A stretch of DNA of 64,000 bases from a virus (taxonomy: Duplodnaviria; Caudoviricetes): positions 1,742-65,741 of IMG/VR virus record IMGVR_UViG_3300050120_000065. One strand, written 5' to 3'. Below the pieces are notes generated by a model. It was not told the DNA's origin. It was given only the letters and a program-made list of their open reading frames with translations, and ran no database searches. Shown here piece by piece: positions 9,184 to 17,512 of this stretch (the stretch's first letter is position 1; the number at the start of each line of letters is the position of its first letter). The translations under genes and the position numbers were made by a program.

Positions 9184-11033
9184 GATATGGCTCGGTTTGC
9201 TCTGGAATCGAAGCGGCATCAGCCGCTTGGCACGGGCTCGGCTGGCAGGCGGCATGGTTCAGCGAAATAGAGCCATTCCCCAGCGCTGTCCTGGCGCATC
9301 ACTACCCAACCGTTCCCAACTTGGGTGACATGCGCATGATCGCGCGTCGCGTCCTTACGGGAGAGGTTGAGGCACCTGACATTCTAATCGGCGGCACTCC
9401 ATGCCAAGCGTTTTCAATTGCCGGCCTGCGCGAAGGGCTTGCAGACGAGCGCGGTCAACTTACTCTTGCTTATGTGAGGCTGCTTGATGCAATTGACTAT
9501 GTTCGGGAGCGAGACGGCCGCAAGCGCGCCATCGCAGGATGGGAAAATGTCCCTGGCGTCCTATCCTCCAAAGACAATGCGTTCGGCTGCTTTCTTGCGG
9601 CACTTGCCGGCGAAGATGTCGCACTCGAACCGCCAGGGAAAAAATGGGCGAACGCTGGTTGTGTGTTTGGACCCACGAGAACAGTCGCGTGGCGAGTCCT
9701 CGACGCCCAATATTTCGGAGTGGCCCAACGTCGCCGCCGTGTGTTCGTTATCGCAAGTGCTCGTAAAGGCTTCGATCCCGTCAAGGTACTTTTTGAGTTC
9801 GACGGCTTGCGCGGGGATATTGCGCCGAGCAGAGAAACGTCGCAAGACATTGCCGGCACCGTTACAGGCGGCGCTCGCAAGCGTGGTGGATTCAGCTATG
9901 ACGATTCCCCCATGTGCGCCGGCACTGTTACCGCAGCTCTTGGCGCCCGCAACGGAGTGCCCGACGGCGGCGATACGCCTGGATTCCTGCAGCCGGTAGT
10001 TTCCACCCTTGATGCGAGTTACGGCCGCTTACAGGGTTGCAGCGGCCAAGACGCCAATCATGGGCATACGCACCTCGTGCCGGTGATGGCGTTCGGTGGA
10101 AACAATACGAGCGGGCCGATAGATATCGCAACGGCGCGTAACGCATGCGCCAGCGCCAGCGGCCGGATGGATTTCGAGACTGAAACGTTCGTCGTCGAAC
10201 CGGACCGTGCGCGCTCAGTAACTCTGAGGGGGCGCGAAGGTGGCGCTACAGCCGAACTGGGAGATGAGGTAGCTGGATGCCTGCGTGCATCATCTGGAGG
10301 GGGTGACAAGCCGCACGTACTCGCGCCGATGAATCGCGAGCCGCTGCCATTCGATACCACTCAGATAACCAGCGCGACGAATCGCTCGCAGCCCGAACAC
10401 GGTGACCCGTGCCATCCGCTTGCGGCTGGTGCGCATCCGCCGGCGATCGCTTTCGATTCGCGCCAAGACCCTGTATCGAGTGAGCACATATTCGGCGCGC
10501 TTGGTTCGTCCAGTCCGCAGGCGCAAGCCGTCTGTGTAACGGGTGACATTACCCACACATTGAAGGCCGATGGATTCGACGCGAGCGAAGACGGCACCGG
10601 GCGCGGCCAGCCGATCGTCGCCTTTCAGGATCGTTTTCGCGGCGATGACGGTCGCGGTTACGACCGTTCGCCTCCAATGTCTGTCGAGCAAGTCGGCACG
10701 CTGGAGACGGTCAAGCCGTGGAACGTGGTGAGCCGTATGCGCGTGCGCCGGCTCACGCCAGTCGAATGCGAGCGCCTGCAGGGATTCCTTGATGACTACA
10801 CGTTCATTCCTACATGGAATGGATGGCGTGCGATGGATGCCAGCGAGACCCCGGAAAGTTGCATTGCCGAGGGGCTGGAGATCCGGAGGACCAAGAAAAC
10901 TGGCAAGTGGCGCGTCAAAGATGTGGATGGGCCGCGCTACAAGGCCCTGGGAAACTCCATGGCCGTGCCATGCATGGCTTGGCTCGGTGAGCGCATTGAT
11001 GCTGCTACGGCGACCATTGGAGTCGCAACATGA
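9180..11033 (+). CDS. dcm: C5-cytosine DNA methyltransferase with very long variable region
   Basis: SVCSGIEA, GGTPCQAFS, WENVPG, QRRRRVF, RRLTPVECERLQGF, YKALGNS. Confidence 0.95.
   Translation: MRYGSVCSGIEAASAAWHGLGWQAAWFSEIEPFPSAVLAHHYPTVPNLGDMRMIARRVLTGEVEAPDILIGGTPCQAFSIAGLREGLADERGQLTLAYVRLLDAIDYVRERDGRKRAIAGWENVPGVLSSKDNAFGCFLAALAGEDVALEPPGKKWANAGCVFGPTRTVAWRVLDAQYFGVAQRRRRVFVIASARKGFDPVKVLFEFDGLRGDIAPSRETSQDIAGTVTGGARKRGGFSYDDSPMCAGTVTAALGARNGVPDGGDTPGFLQPVVSTLDASYGRLQGCSGQDANHGHTHLVPVMAFGGNNTSGPIDIATARNACASASGRMDFETETFVVEPDRARSVTLRGREGGATAELGDEVAGCLRASSGGGDKPHVLAPMNREPLPFDTTQITSATNRSQPEHGDPCHPLAAGAHPPAIAFDSRQDPVSSEHIFGALGSSSPQAQAVCVTGDITHTLKADGFDASEDGTGRGQPIVAFQDRFRGDDGRGYDRSPPMSVEQVGTLETVKPWNVVSRMRVRRLTPVECERLQGFLDDYTFIPTWNGWRAMDASETPESCIAEGLEIRRTKKTGKWRVKDVDGPRYKALGNSMAVPCMAWLGERIDAATATIGVAT
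9487..9999 (+). CDS. nested out-of-frame protein resembling the beta polypeptide of heterodimeric C5-MTases
   Basis: GAGG RBS 7 nt before ATG9487; CSLSQVL...YFLS..ACAGILRRAEKRRKTLP.PLQAAL. Confidence 0.65.
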   Translation: MQLTMFGSETAASAPSQDGKMSLASYPPKTMRSAAFLRHLPAKMSHSNRQGKNGRTLVVCLDPREQSRGESSTPNISEWPNVAAVCSLSQVLVKASIPSRYFLSSTACAGILRRAEKRRKTLPAPLQAALASVVDSAMTIPPCAPALLPQLLAPATECPTAAIRLDSCSR

Positions 11034-11059
11034 CTCGCGCCCTGCTCTGCCACATTGGC

Positions 11060-11293
11060 CTAATCCATCGGAAGCCCTTCGAAGTCGTATTCCGCAGCGA
11101 TCTTGGCATGTGCATCGGCAAGAACGCCGCGGGCAACCGGCGGACCTTCAAGGTAGATACCGCTGGCATCCTCAGGCAGCGCGCCCTTCGGATAAAAATG
11201 GGCGTGCATTTCCTTGGTGTACTCGCGATGCTCGCGCATACGTTCATTCACCATCTCGACGTATTGCACTCGCGTCAGGCTCGGTTTTGCCAT
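11060..11293 (-). CDS. antisense small protein
   Basis: GGAG 6 nt before ATG11293; protein-like composition. Confidence 0.5.
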   Translation of the reverse strand: MAKPSLTRVQYVEMVNERMREHREYTKEMHAHFYPKGALPEDASGIYLEGPPVARGVLADAHAKIAAEYDFEGLPMD

Positions 11294-11328
11294 TCTCATC
11301 TCCATCGTGGTTTTTCAAGGATCGTAGC

Positions 11329-11913
11329 ATGACAACCGCATATCCACTCCAGTGGCCTGCTGGACGCAAGCGCACGATTTCATATCGGCGTGCACGCGCT
11401 AACTTCACGACATCCTTCGCCGTCGCGCGCGACAACCTGATTGCCGAAGTGAAACGCCTCGGTGCCCGGAATCTCGTCATCTCGACAAACATACCGCTTC
11501 GGCAAGATGGGTTGCCCTACGCCAGCTATCGCAAGATCGATGATGAAGGCGTGGCCGTGTATTTCACGCTGGACGGCCAGCAGACGAGTTTCGCATGCGA
11601 TCGATGGGATAAGGTCGAGCACAACATGCATGCCATCGTTAAGACCATCGATGCACTGCGCGGAATCGCCCGTTGGGGCACGGGCGACATGATGAAAGCG
11701 GCATTCACTGGATTTACAGCATTGCCGGCACCGAGCGCTGAAAAGACTTGGCGCGAAGTGTTGGGCCTTTATTCTGGTGAACGGAGCATGGATATCGTCA
11801 AAGCGGCATACCGGCGACTGGCTAGCGCCGCCCATCCGGACAAAGGCGGATCGCATGATGCCATGACCGAACTTAACACCGCCCTGGCGGCAGCCGAGAA
11901 GGAGCTTTCATGA
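11329..11913 (+). CDS. J-domain (DnaJ-like) phage protein
   Basis: YPLQWP N-terminal domain; C-terminal J domain with AYRRLA..AHPDKGG. Confidence 0.9.
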   Translation: MTTAYPLQWPAGRKRTISYRRARANFTTSFAVARDNLIAEVKRLGARNLVISTNIPLRQDGLPYASYRKIDDEGVAVYFTLDGQQTSFACDRWDKVEHNMHAIVKTIDALRGIARWGTGDMMKAAFTGFTALPAPSAEKTWREVLGLYSGERSMDIVKAAYRRLASAAHPDKGGSHDAMTELNTALAAAEKELS

Positions 11914-12029
11914 CCGACCCCGACGACTGGGCCGAACCTGAGCCCGAATACCACGACGAACGCCGCACTTGCCAGCATGGTATTGGGCTGGGAGGGGATT
12001 GTGATTGGTGTAGGGAATTGGCGGAATGA
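11910..12029 (+). CDS. 39-aa acidic peptide with CxH-x6-CxxC motif
   Basis: AAGGAG RBS, ATGA-coupled; MTDPDDW...CQHGIGLGGDCDWC. Confidence 0.45.
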   Translation: MTDPDDWAEPEPEYHDERRTCQHGIGLGGDCDWCRELAE

Positions 12030-12062
12030 GTGGTCGCAAAAATCTATAAGGAAGGTGGAAAT

Positions 12063-13241
12063 ATGAAGCAAGTCATCAACGAGGCGGGTTCGCGCCCAAT
12101 CAAAATTTGGACCGATGAAGTCGAAGAGTCGGCGCTGCAGCAGCTTAAGAACCTCGCGCGCCTGCCGTTCATCGCTGGCAATGGCGTGGCCTGTATGCCC
12201 GATGTCCACGCCGGCATCGGCGCAACGGTCGGCACTGTAATCGCCACCGACAAAGCCATAATTCCGGCCGCAGTTGGCGTCGACATCGGCTGCGGCATGA
12301 ATGCGGTTCGGTTGTCGCTGAAGGCGGGCGACTTGCCGGACTCGCTGCTCGCGATTCGCCACCAGATCGAGCGTGATGTACCGCTTGGCGCCGGCGGTGC
12401 GCATCGCGACTCGCACTCCTTCCCCGCCTGCCTGAAAGCTGAATATGAGCAGATTATCGGAAAAGCCCCGAAGCTGTTCAACAAGAATTTTGTTTCGCAG
12501 CTCGGCTCGCTCGGCAGCGGCAATCACTTCATCGAGCTGTGCATTGATGAGGCGCAGGACGTCTGGATCATGCTGCATAGCGGTTCGCGCGGGGTCGGCA
12601 ACCTGATTGGCCGCTACTTCATCGAGAAGGCAAAGAAGCGTATGGAGCAATACTTCATCACGCTGCCCGATGGCGACCTCGCGTATTTTCCGGAGGATAC
12701 CGATGATTTCAACGATTACGTCGAAGCGGTCAACTGGGCGCAAGACTACGCGCTGGAGAATCGCCGCGTCATGATGGCCGCCGTTATTGCGGCGCTGCGC
12801 CGACATATCCCGGTCGAATTCACGATCACGCACGAAGCTGTGAATTGTCATCATAACTATGTCGAGCGCGAAAACCACTTCGGCCGGAATTTATGGGTGA
12901 CGCGCAAGGGTGCGATCCGCGCCCGCGAAGGCGACCTCGGCATCATCCCCGGTTCGATGGGCCAGAAAAGCTACATCGTCCGCGGCAAGGGGAACCCCGA
13001 ATCGTACTGCTCCTGCTCGCACGGCGCCGGTCGCAGGATGAGCCGCACTCAGGCGCGCAAGACTTTCACTCTCACCGATCTGGCCGAACAGACACAGGGC
13101 GTCGAGTGTCGCAAGGATGACGCGGTGCTCGATGAAATACCCGGCGCGTACAAATCGATCGACGAGGTAATGGCGAATCAGACTGACCTGGTCGAGGTCG
13201 TGCATACGTTAAAGCAGGTGCTCTGCGTCAAAGGCGCGTGA
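12063..13241 (+). CDS. rtcB: RtcB RNA ligase
   Basis: MPDVHAG, GVDIGCG, GNHF, HSGSRG, HHNY, TRKGA, PGSMG, SHGAGR. Confidence 0.97.
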   Translation: MKQVINEAGSRPIKIWTDEVEESALQQLKNLARLPFIAGNGVACMPDVHAGIGATVGTVIATDKAIIPAAVGVDIGCGMNAVRLSLKAGDLPDSLLAIRHQIERDVPLGAGGAHRDSHSFPACLKAEYEQIIGKAPKLFNKNFVSQLGSLGSGNHFIELCIDEAQDVWIMLHSGSRGVGNLIGRYFIEKAKKRMEQYFITLPDGDLAYFPEDTDDFNDYVEAVNWAQDYALENRRVMMAAVIAALRRHIPVEFTITHEAVNCHHNYVERENHFGRNLWVTRKGAIRAREGDLGIIPGSMGQKSYIVRGKGNPESYCSCSHGAGRRMSRTQARKTFTLTDLAEQTQGVECRKDDAVLDEIPGAYKSIDEVMANQTDLVEVVHTLKQVLCVKGA

Positions 13242-13305
13242 CGCATGACCGACGCAGCAAAACGCATCATTGAAATTACACGCAAAAATTGGCTAGGAGA
13301 GGCAA

Positions 13306-13581
13306 ATGATACGATGGGTAACGATAGGCAAGTTTGCCTCTGAATCCGGTTATACCGAAGCGGCGGTGAGGCGCAAGATTCAGGACGAAAAATGGCCTGC
13401 GTCGATCTGGAGGAAGGCCCCGGATCGCCACATTCTGATAAACATCGAGGAGTATGAAAAATGGGTGGAGACCGATCAGGCGTCAAAGCCGGTAGTGCGT
13501 CCTCAATCGAAATCTCGTTCTACTTTGAGAAACAGAGATGCAGAGAGCGCATCCCTTGGGAGCCCACGCCTGCCAACCTGA
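13306..13581 (+). CDS. xis: excisionase
   Basis: winged-HTH (WVTIGKFASESGYT...WRKAPD...INIEEYEKW) overlapping int. Confidence 0.8.
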   Translation: MIRWVTIGKFASESGYTEAAVRRKIQDEKWPASIWRKAPDRHILINIEEYEKWVETDQASKPVVRPQSKSRSTLRNRDAESASLGSPRLPT

Positions 13582-14636
13582 AGAAGGCGAAGCGTTTCCG
13601 GGAGTCGATCTTGCAGGCGATTTATGAGGGGCGCTTCGTTTATCGCGAGACGTTCCCCGATTCCACGAGGGCCGCGGTATTCGCGGAACGCCCGGGCGAC
13701 GTCGAAACGGTCGGTCATTATCTTGAAGGTTGGCTCGACCGCAAGAAAAAGCATGTGAAGGCGAGCACGCATGACGGGTATCGGATCACCGTCAACCTGA
13801 TTATCAAGGAATTCAGCAAGGTTGCGTTATCCGACCTGAAATGGAAAATGATCCGCGATTGGCTGGACAAAATGGAATGCACGAACAAGACCCTGGCTAA
13901 TCGGCAAAGCGTGTTGCGGGCCGCGCTCGACGATGCTGTGCACGATGAATTGATCGAGGCCAACCCGCTATTCGGCAAGGCCTATACGATTCCGCAGGCG
14001 CCGCGAGAGGATGACGATGTGGATCCGCTCACGCGCGAAGAGCAGGAGCTTATCCTGAAATCGTGCGGCGAGCCGGCCGAGCGCAATCTGTTCCGATTCG
14101 CCTTTTGGACCGGTTTGCGCACGTCAGAGCTGATCGCTGTTCGCTGGTCCGATATCGACTGGAACCGCGGCATTATCCGCATTTCACGGGCATGGACCAC
14201 GACCGCCAAAGAACCGGAGGACACGAAGACGAAGGCTGGCCGGCGGGAGATCAAACTGTTGGCGGGAGCACTTGAGGCACTTGAGGCGCAGAAGCCGCTC
14301 ACACTATTGGCCGACGGCTATATCTTTTTGAATCCGCGCACCGGCGACCCGTGGGGCGGTAAAAACCCGATCTGGACCGCATGGGGACGCGCCATTAAAA
14401 AGGCGGAGGTGGCCTACCGTAGACCGTATCAAACCCGGCATACTTACGCATCGATGATGTTGTCAGCGGGTGAAAACGCGATGTGGGTGGCAACCCAGAT
14501 GGGGCATTCTTCATGGGTGATGACCGCTAAAGTCTATGCTCGTTGGATACCCAGCGCGGACTCAGATGCAGGCGGGAAAGCCGAGGCAAAATTCGGCAAA
14601 AAGCATGTTGTCCAAAAGCTGTCGAAAGTTGGGTAA
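13461..14636 (+). CDS. int: tyrosine integrase with N-terminal arm-binding domain
   Basis: TGLRTSEL, TKT, YQTRHTYAS, QMGH, VYARWI catalytic motifs. Confidence 0.95.
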   Translation: MGGDRSGVKAGSASSIEISFYFEKQRCRERIPWEPTPANLKKAKRFRESILQAIYEGRFVYRETFPDSTRAAVFAERPGDVETVGHYLEGWLDRKKKHVKASTHDGYRITVNLIIKEFSKVALSDLKWKMIRDWLDKMECTNKTLANRQSVLRAALDDAVHDELIEANPLFGKAYTIPQAPREDDDVDPLTREEQELILKSCGEPAERNLFRFAFWTGLRTSELIAVRWSDIDWNRGIIRISRAWTTTAKEPEDTKTKAGRREIKLLAGALEALEAQKPLTLLADGYIFLNPRTGDPWGGKNPIWTAWGRAIKKAEVAYRRPYQTRHTYASMMLSAGENAMWVATQMGHSSWVMTAKVYARWIPSADSDAGGKAEAKFGKKHVVQKLSKVG

Positions 14637-14777
14637 ACCGGGGTGAATATAGGATAATTTTTGGACAACGCGAAGAAAAAAGTCTTTTGAAATCAATCGC
14701 TTCTGGCGGAGGGACGGGGATTCGAACCCCGGATGTGTGCTTTGTTTATGCACCTGAGCGATTGTATGCTGTCGAAA
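14607..14777. repeat. putative integrase arm-type sites and IHF-like site of attP
   Basis: GTTGTCCAAAA 14607-17 inverted at 14659-69; GCTGTCGAAA at 14618-27 and 14768-77; AATCAAnnnnTTC at 14691-703. Confidence 0.65.
14704..14732 (-). mobile_element. attP core (3' end of a tRNA-Ser: T-arm, acceptor strand, G73-CCA)
   Basis: reverse complement CCGGGGTTCGAATCCCCGTCCCTCCGCCA, about 70 nt after int; no D or anticodon arm. Confidence 0.85.
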
Positions 14778-14812
14778 TGTAGTCCATTCAAAATCGCACG
14801 ATGGAGGGCGAA

Positions 14813-15055
14813 ATGACCAAACAAGACTTCGAATCAGCCTGCGCAGCATTACCCGAGGGTGTGTTCTGGGGCGATCCGCTGACGCCGGAGATTGCGCGGG
14901 GGATTATGGCGACACCGAGCAAAACTGACGACGACGCTATCACGCGAGCGCTTGTAACATGGTTCTCACCGGACCATCCCGACCAGAGCGATTTCGCCTC
15001 ACGCATGCGGAAGGCTATCTCCGCAGCAAATAAAGCCAATGAGGGTGCTCGATGA
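14813..15055 (+). CDS. hypothetical protein
   Basis: GGAGG RBS; coupled to next ORF. Confidence 0.6.
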   Translation: MTKQDFESACAALPEGVFWGDPLTPEIARGIMATPSKTDDDAITRALVTWFSPDHPDQSDFASRMRKAISAANKANEGAR

Positions 15056-15372
15056 GTCCCGAAGCAATAGCCGGCCTCGATATCTTCAACTCGGCTTTCG
15101 AATTCGCGCTGATGATCCCATTCGCCTTTGGCCTGCGCACGCTCTACCGAGTCAAAGACTCGCGAGCACTGAATGGCTTAGAGCAATGGCCGTACATGTT
15201 GCACTGCGTCTACACGGTATTTTTCTTTGGTGTGCTCGGTCGCTGGTGGTCGGCGGCCGCTCTGGCCGGATGGTCGTGTGCCTTCGTGGTCAAGATTCTG
15301 ATGATTCGGCACTATCGGATACCGCGGCACAGAGAGACAATGGGACTCGTTGAAAACGGAGGCACGCAATGA
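15052..15372 (+). CDS. 3-TM membrane protein, PQ-loop/SemiSWEET-like
   Basis: three hydrophobic helices, LYRVKDSRALN after TM1. Confidence 0.5.
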   Translation: MSPEAIAGLDIFNSAFEFALMIPFAFGLRTLYRVKDSRALNGLEQWPYMLHCVYTVFFFGVLGRWWSAAALAGWSCAFVVKILMIRHYRIPRHRETMGLVENGGTQ

Positions 15373-15698
15373 CGTTTCGATCAACGCTTGGATTTCCGGG
15401 CTTGCCGTCCACGCAGGGATTCGCGGGCAGCATTGAATCTCCGGGCTTCGCGCCGACACCAACTACTGCGGAAACGCTGCGCCACATGGCCGACATTATC
15501 ATCGGAAATGATGTGCAGGAAATCGTATGCCGGCACATCCTGCATAAAGTCGCGAAGGAACTGGAAGATTGGGAATGGCTTCGCGAGCATCATAACGATA
15601 TCGATGCGCCGATCTTAGTCTGTTACGACTCAGAAAAGCACACTTCGCTTGAGGCGGCTATTGACGCGGCTCGAAAGAGCGCAGAGGGAGGAGTGTGA
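15369..15698 (+). CDS. hypothetical protein
   Basis: GGAGG RBS; coupled. Confidence 0.55.
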   Translation: MTFRSTLGFPGLPSTQGFAGSIESPGFAPTPTTAETLRHMADIIIGNDVQEIVCRHILHKVAKELEDWEWLREHHNDIDAPILVCYDSEKHTSLEAAIDAARKSAEGGV

Positions 15699-16015
15699 TG
15701 GAACCGCTGGCAGTTCTGGATGGAGTGCCGATAGTCGAGGGCGATATCCTCTATAGTCTGGATGGCGCGGCGTTGCGAGTGTTAAAGCCCTGGCGGACAG
15801 ACATGCCTTTGCGCATGGAATCCGTCGCCAAGAAGAAGCCGGGCGATGCCGATTACTGGGCGACCGATACTCATTGGAAAGGCCAGCAGGTACTGTTCTG
15901 GCGCGTGAGCGATATCCCGGTACCGAAGGACAGAAGTCTATATTTCCGACTGAAAGATCAACTTGATGCTCGGGCAGCGCGCCGCAAGCTGCGGGCTAGG
16001 AGGCGGGATGCTTGA
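15695..16015 (+). CDS. hypothetical protein
   Basis: GGAGGAG RBS; coupled. Confidence 0.55.
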   Translation: MMEPLAVLDGVPIVEGDILYSLDGAALRVLKPWRTDMPLRMESVAKKKPGDADYWATDTHWKGQQVLFWRVSDIPVPKDRSLYFRLKDQLDARAARRKLRARRRDA

Positions 16016-16241
16016 ACTGAACCTGGATAAAGAAACGGCCGATGCGCTCTGGGACGCATCGCATGAAAATCAACCTGCCGTGCTGACCGTGTTTCACGAT
16101 GGCAAGGTGATCCAGTTCCGGCTGAGCGTTACTGCCGCCGAAATGATCCAGCATGGCCCGACCGAATGGCGACACGGCAAACCATATACGGTCCGCCTTA
16201 AGCTCGCGCAGCTAATCGACGTACCACAAACCGTGGTTTAG
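16008..16241 (+). CDS. hypothetical protein
   Basis: AGGAGG RBS before ATG16008. Confidence 0.55.
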   Translation: MLELNLDKETADALWDASHENQPAVLTVFHDGKVIQFRLSVTAAEMIQHGPTEWRHGKPYTVRLKLAQLIDVPQTVV

Positions 16242-16249
16242 GAGGCGGG

Positions 16250-16462
16250 ATGACTGACAGATATCACTCTTTGACCGTGGTGCTAGACAGCAACATTCGG
16301 GCTGATGACGCAGAGCCGATGATGAACGCAATTCGTATGTTCGTGGGCGTTCAATCGGTCGCCGGTAACGTCGCGGACCCCGGCTATTATGTAGCAGAGA
16401 CGCGCGTGCGGCACGAACTGCGGAGCAAGTTATTCGAAGCTTTGGAGCCGAAGGGCAAGTGA
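16250..16462 (+). CDS. conserved small phage protein
   Basis: AGGAGG RBS; MTDRYHSLTVVL..IR.DDA. Confidence 0.65.
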   Translation: MTDRYHSLTVVLDSNIRADDAEPMMNAIRMFVGVQSVAGNVADPGYYVAETRVRHELRSKLFEALEPKGK

Positions 16463-16492
16463 CGCGCCGCTAGTGCGGGCTAATTTGGAGGG

Positions 16493-16888
16493 ATGATGGA
16501 CGATCCGACTATTGAGCAGGTTATCGATGGATATCGCCGCTTGCCGCTGCTAGGCGGCATTGAAGATCGCGCCAATGGCATTGCGCAGTTCTTTTCGCAG
16601 TCGCCGAAAGTTGCTGTTGCGGTCGAGCGAATTGACGGAACTGTGGCGCATTTCGTTCAGTCAACCATGATCGAAGACTTTGACGGCTGGACTTTGAATG
16701 GGCGCATGGGCGACCCGTACCGGTTTGCGATCAGCAGGTTTGAGATTGATATGGCGCCGCATCCCGTCCCGCGCAGCATTGAGGCTGGTACTAGGTCGCA
16801 CTGCGGAATTTGTGGTCAGTACGGACGCGATAGCTATTGCGCTAAGTCGGGCTGCCCGTTTCCGAACGACGGAGATCGATCGTTTTAG
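16493..16888 (+). CDS. hypothetical protein with C-terminal Cys cluster
   Basis: GGAGG RBS; CGICG..C...CP. Confidence 0.55.
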   Translation: MMDDPTIEQVIDGYRRLPLLGGIEDRANGIAQFFSQSPKVAVAVERIDGTVAHFVQSTMIEDFDGWTLNGRMGDPYRFAISRFEIDMAPHPVPRSIEAGTRSHCGICGQYGRDSYCAKSGCPFPNDGDRSF

Positions 16889-16942
16889 CACTCGGCGGAA
16901 TTGGCGGCAGATTGATTGATGCGCTAAGGCGCGGGAGACGGG

Positions 16943-17254
16943 ATGAATGCTATAGATCTAAATCAGATGGCAGGTGGGAGCCAAGACAATCCGACCAGGC
17001 CGTCAGCACTGAAATCTTCTCAATGGATCCCTGCGTTAGCAGCCCCGCATACCCCGGATGTCTACGAGGTCAAAGACAGCAAGGCGGTCGGAACATGTTT
17101 TTCGTATTTCGATGGCGAGAAATGGGCTTGGCCGTGCCGAGACCCCGAGACCGCTTATGCGATGCGAGGGCGACTCGACCATTCATGGGTGTTCAAGGAA
17201 TGGTGCCAAATCCGTAGCGGCGCCAGCACTGCCGCCTTGAGCAGTCTGAATTGA
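16943..17254 (+). CDS. hypothetical protein
   Basis: GGAG RBS; WIP...P.VYEV..YFDGEKW resembles DUF551-like phage proteins. Confidence 0.5.
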   Translation: MNAIDLNQMAGGSQDNPTRPSALKSSQWIPALAAPHTPDVYEVKDSKAVGTCFSYFDGEKWAWPCRDPETAYAMRGRLDHSWVFKEWCQIRSGASTAALSSLN

Positions 17255-17280
17255 TCGTCGCCAATGGCGAGAGGAGATGG

Positions 17281-17473
17281 GATGAAGCCGGGTGATTCAA
17301 TCGAAGTGTTGCAGCAATCGTTTCAAGGGCTGGCCGCGCGCGAGACGAGCGCGCTGGCCATCATAGAGAGCATCGATGAGAAAAAGATTGTTGCGCGATT
17401 CGTCCGACGTCGCGATGATGGGGTCGAGCTAATCGCTCTTGAGGTCTCTGCACAGAATCGGACTTGGCGATAG
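17281..17473 (+). CDS. hypothetical protein
   Basis: AGGAG RBS; start approximate. Confidence 0.45.
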
Positions 17474-17512
17474 AGCCAAAATTGACGCGGCACAACTGGC
17501 CGGGAGGGATGG

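Noticed and set aside
10789-11328. N-terminal extension of the J-domain ORF (374 aa in the track)
   Set aside because: It overlaps dcm with non-protein-like sequence; the recognisable domain starts at ATG11329.
11769-12878. 369-aa minus-strand ORF opposite rtcB, and similar long shadows opposite capsid, portal, sheath and TMP genes
   Set aside because: Expected antisense open frames in GC-rich coding DNA; no motifs.
14704-14732. Full tRNA gene after the integrase
   Set aside because: Only the T-arm and 3' acceptor strand are present; interpreted as the attP core.
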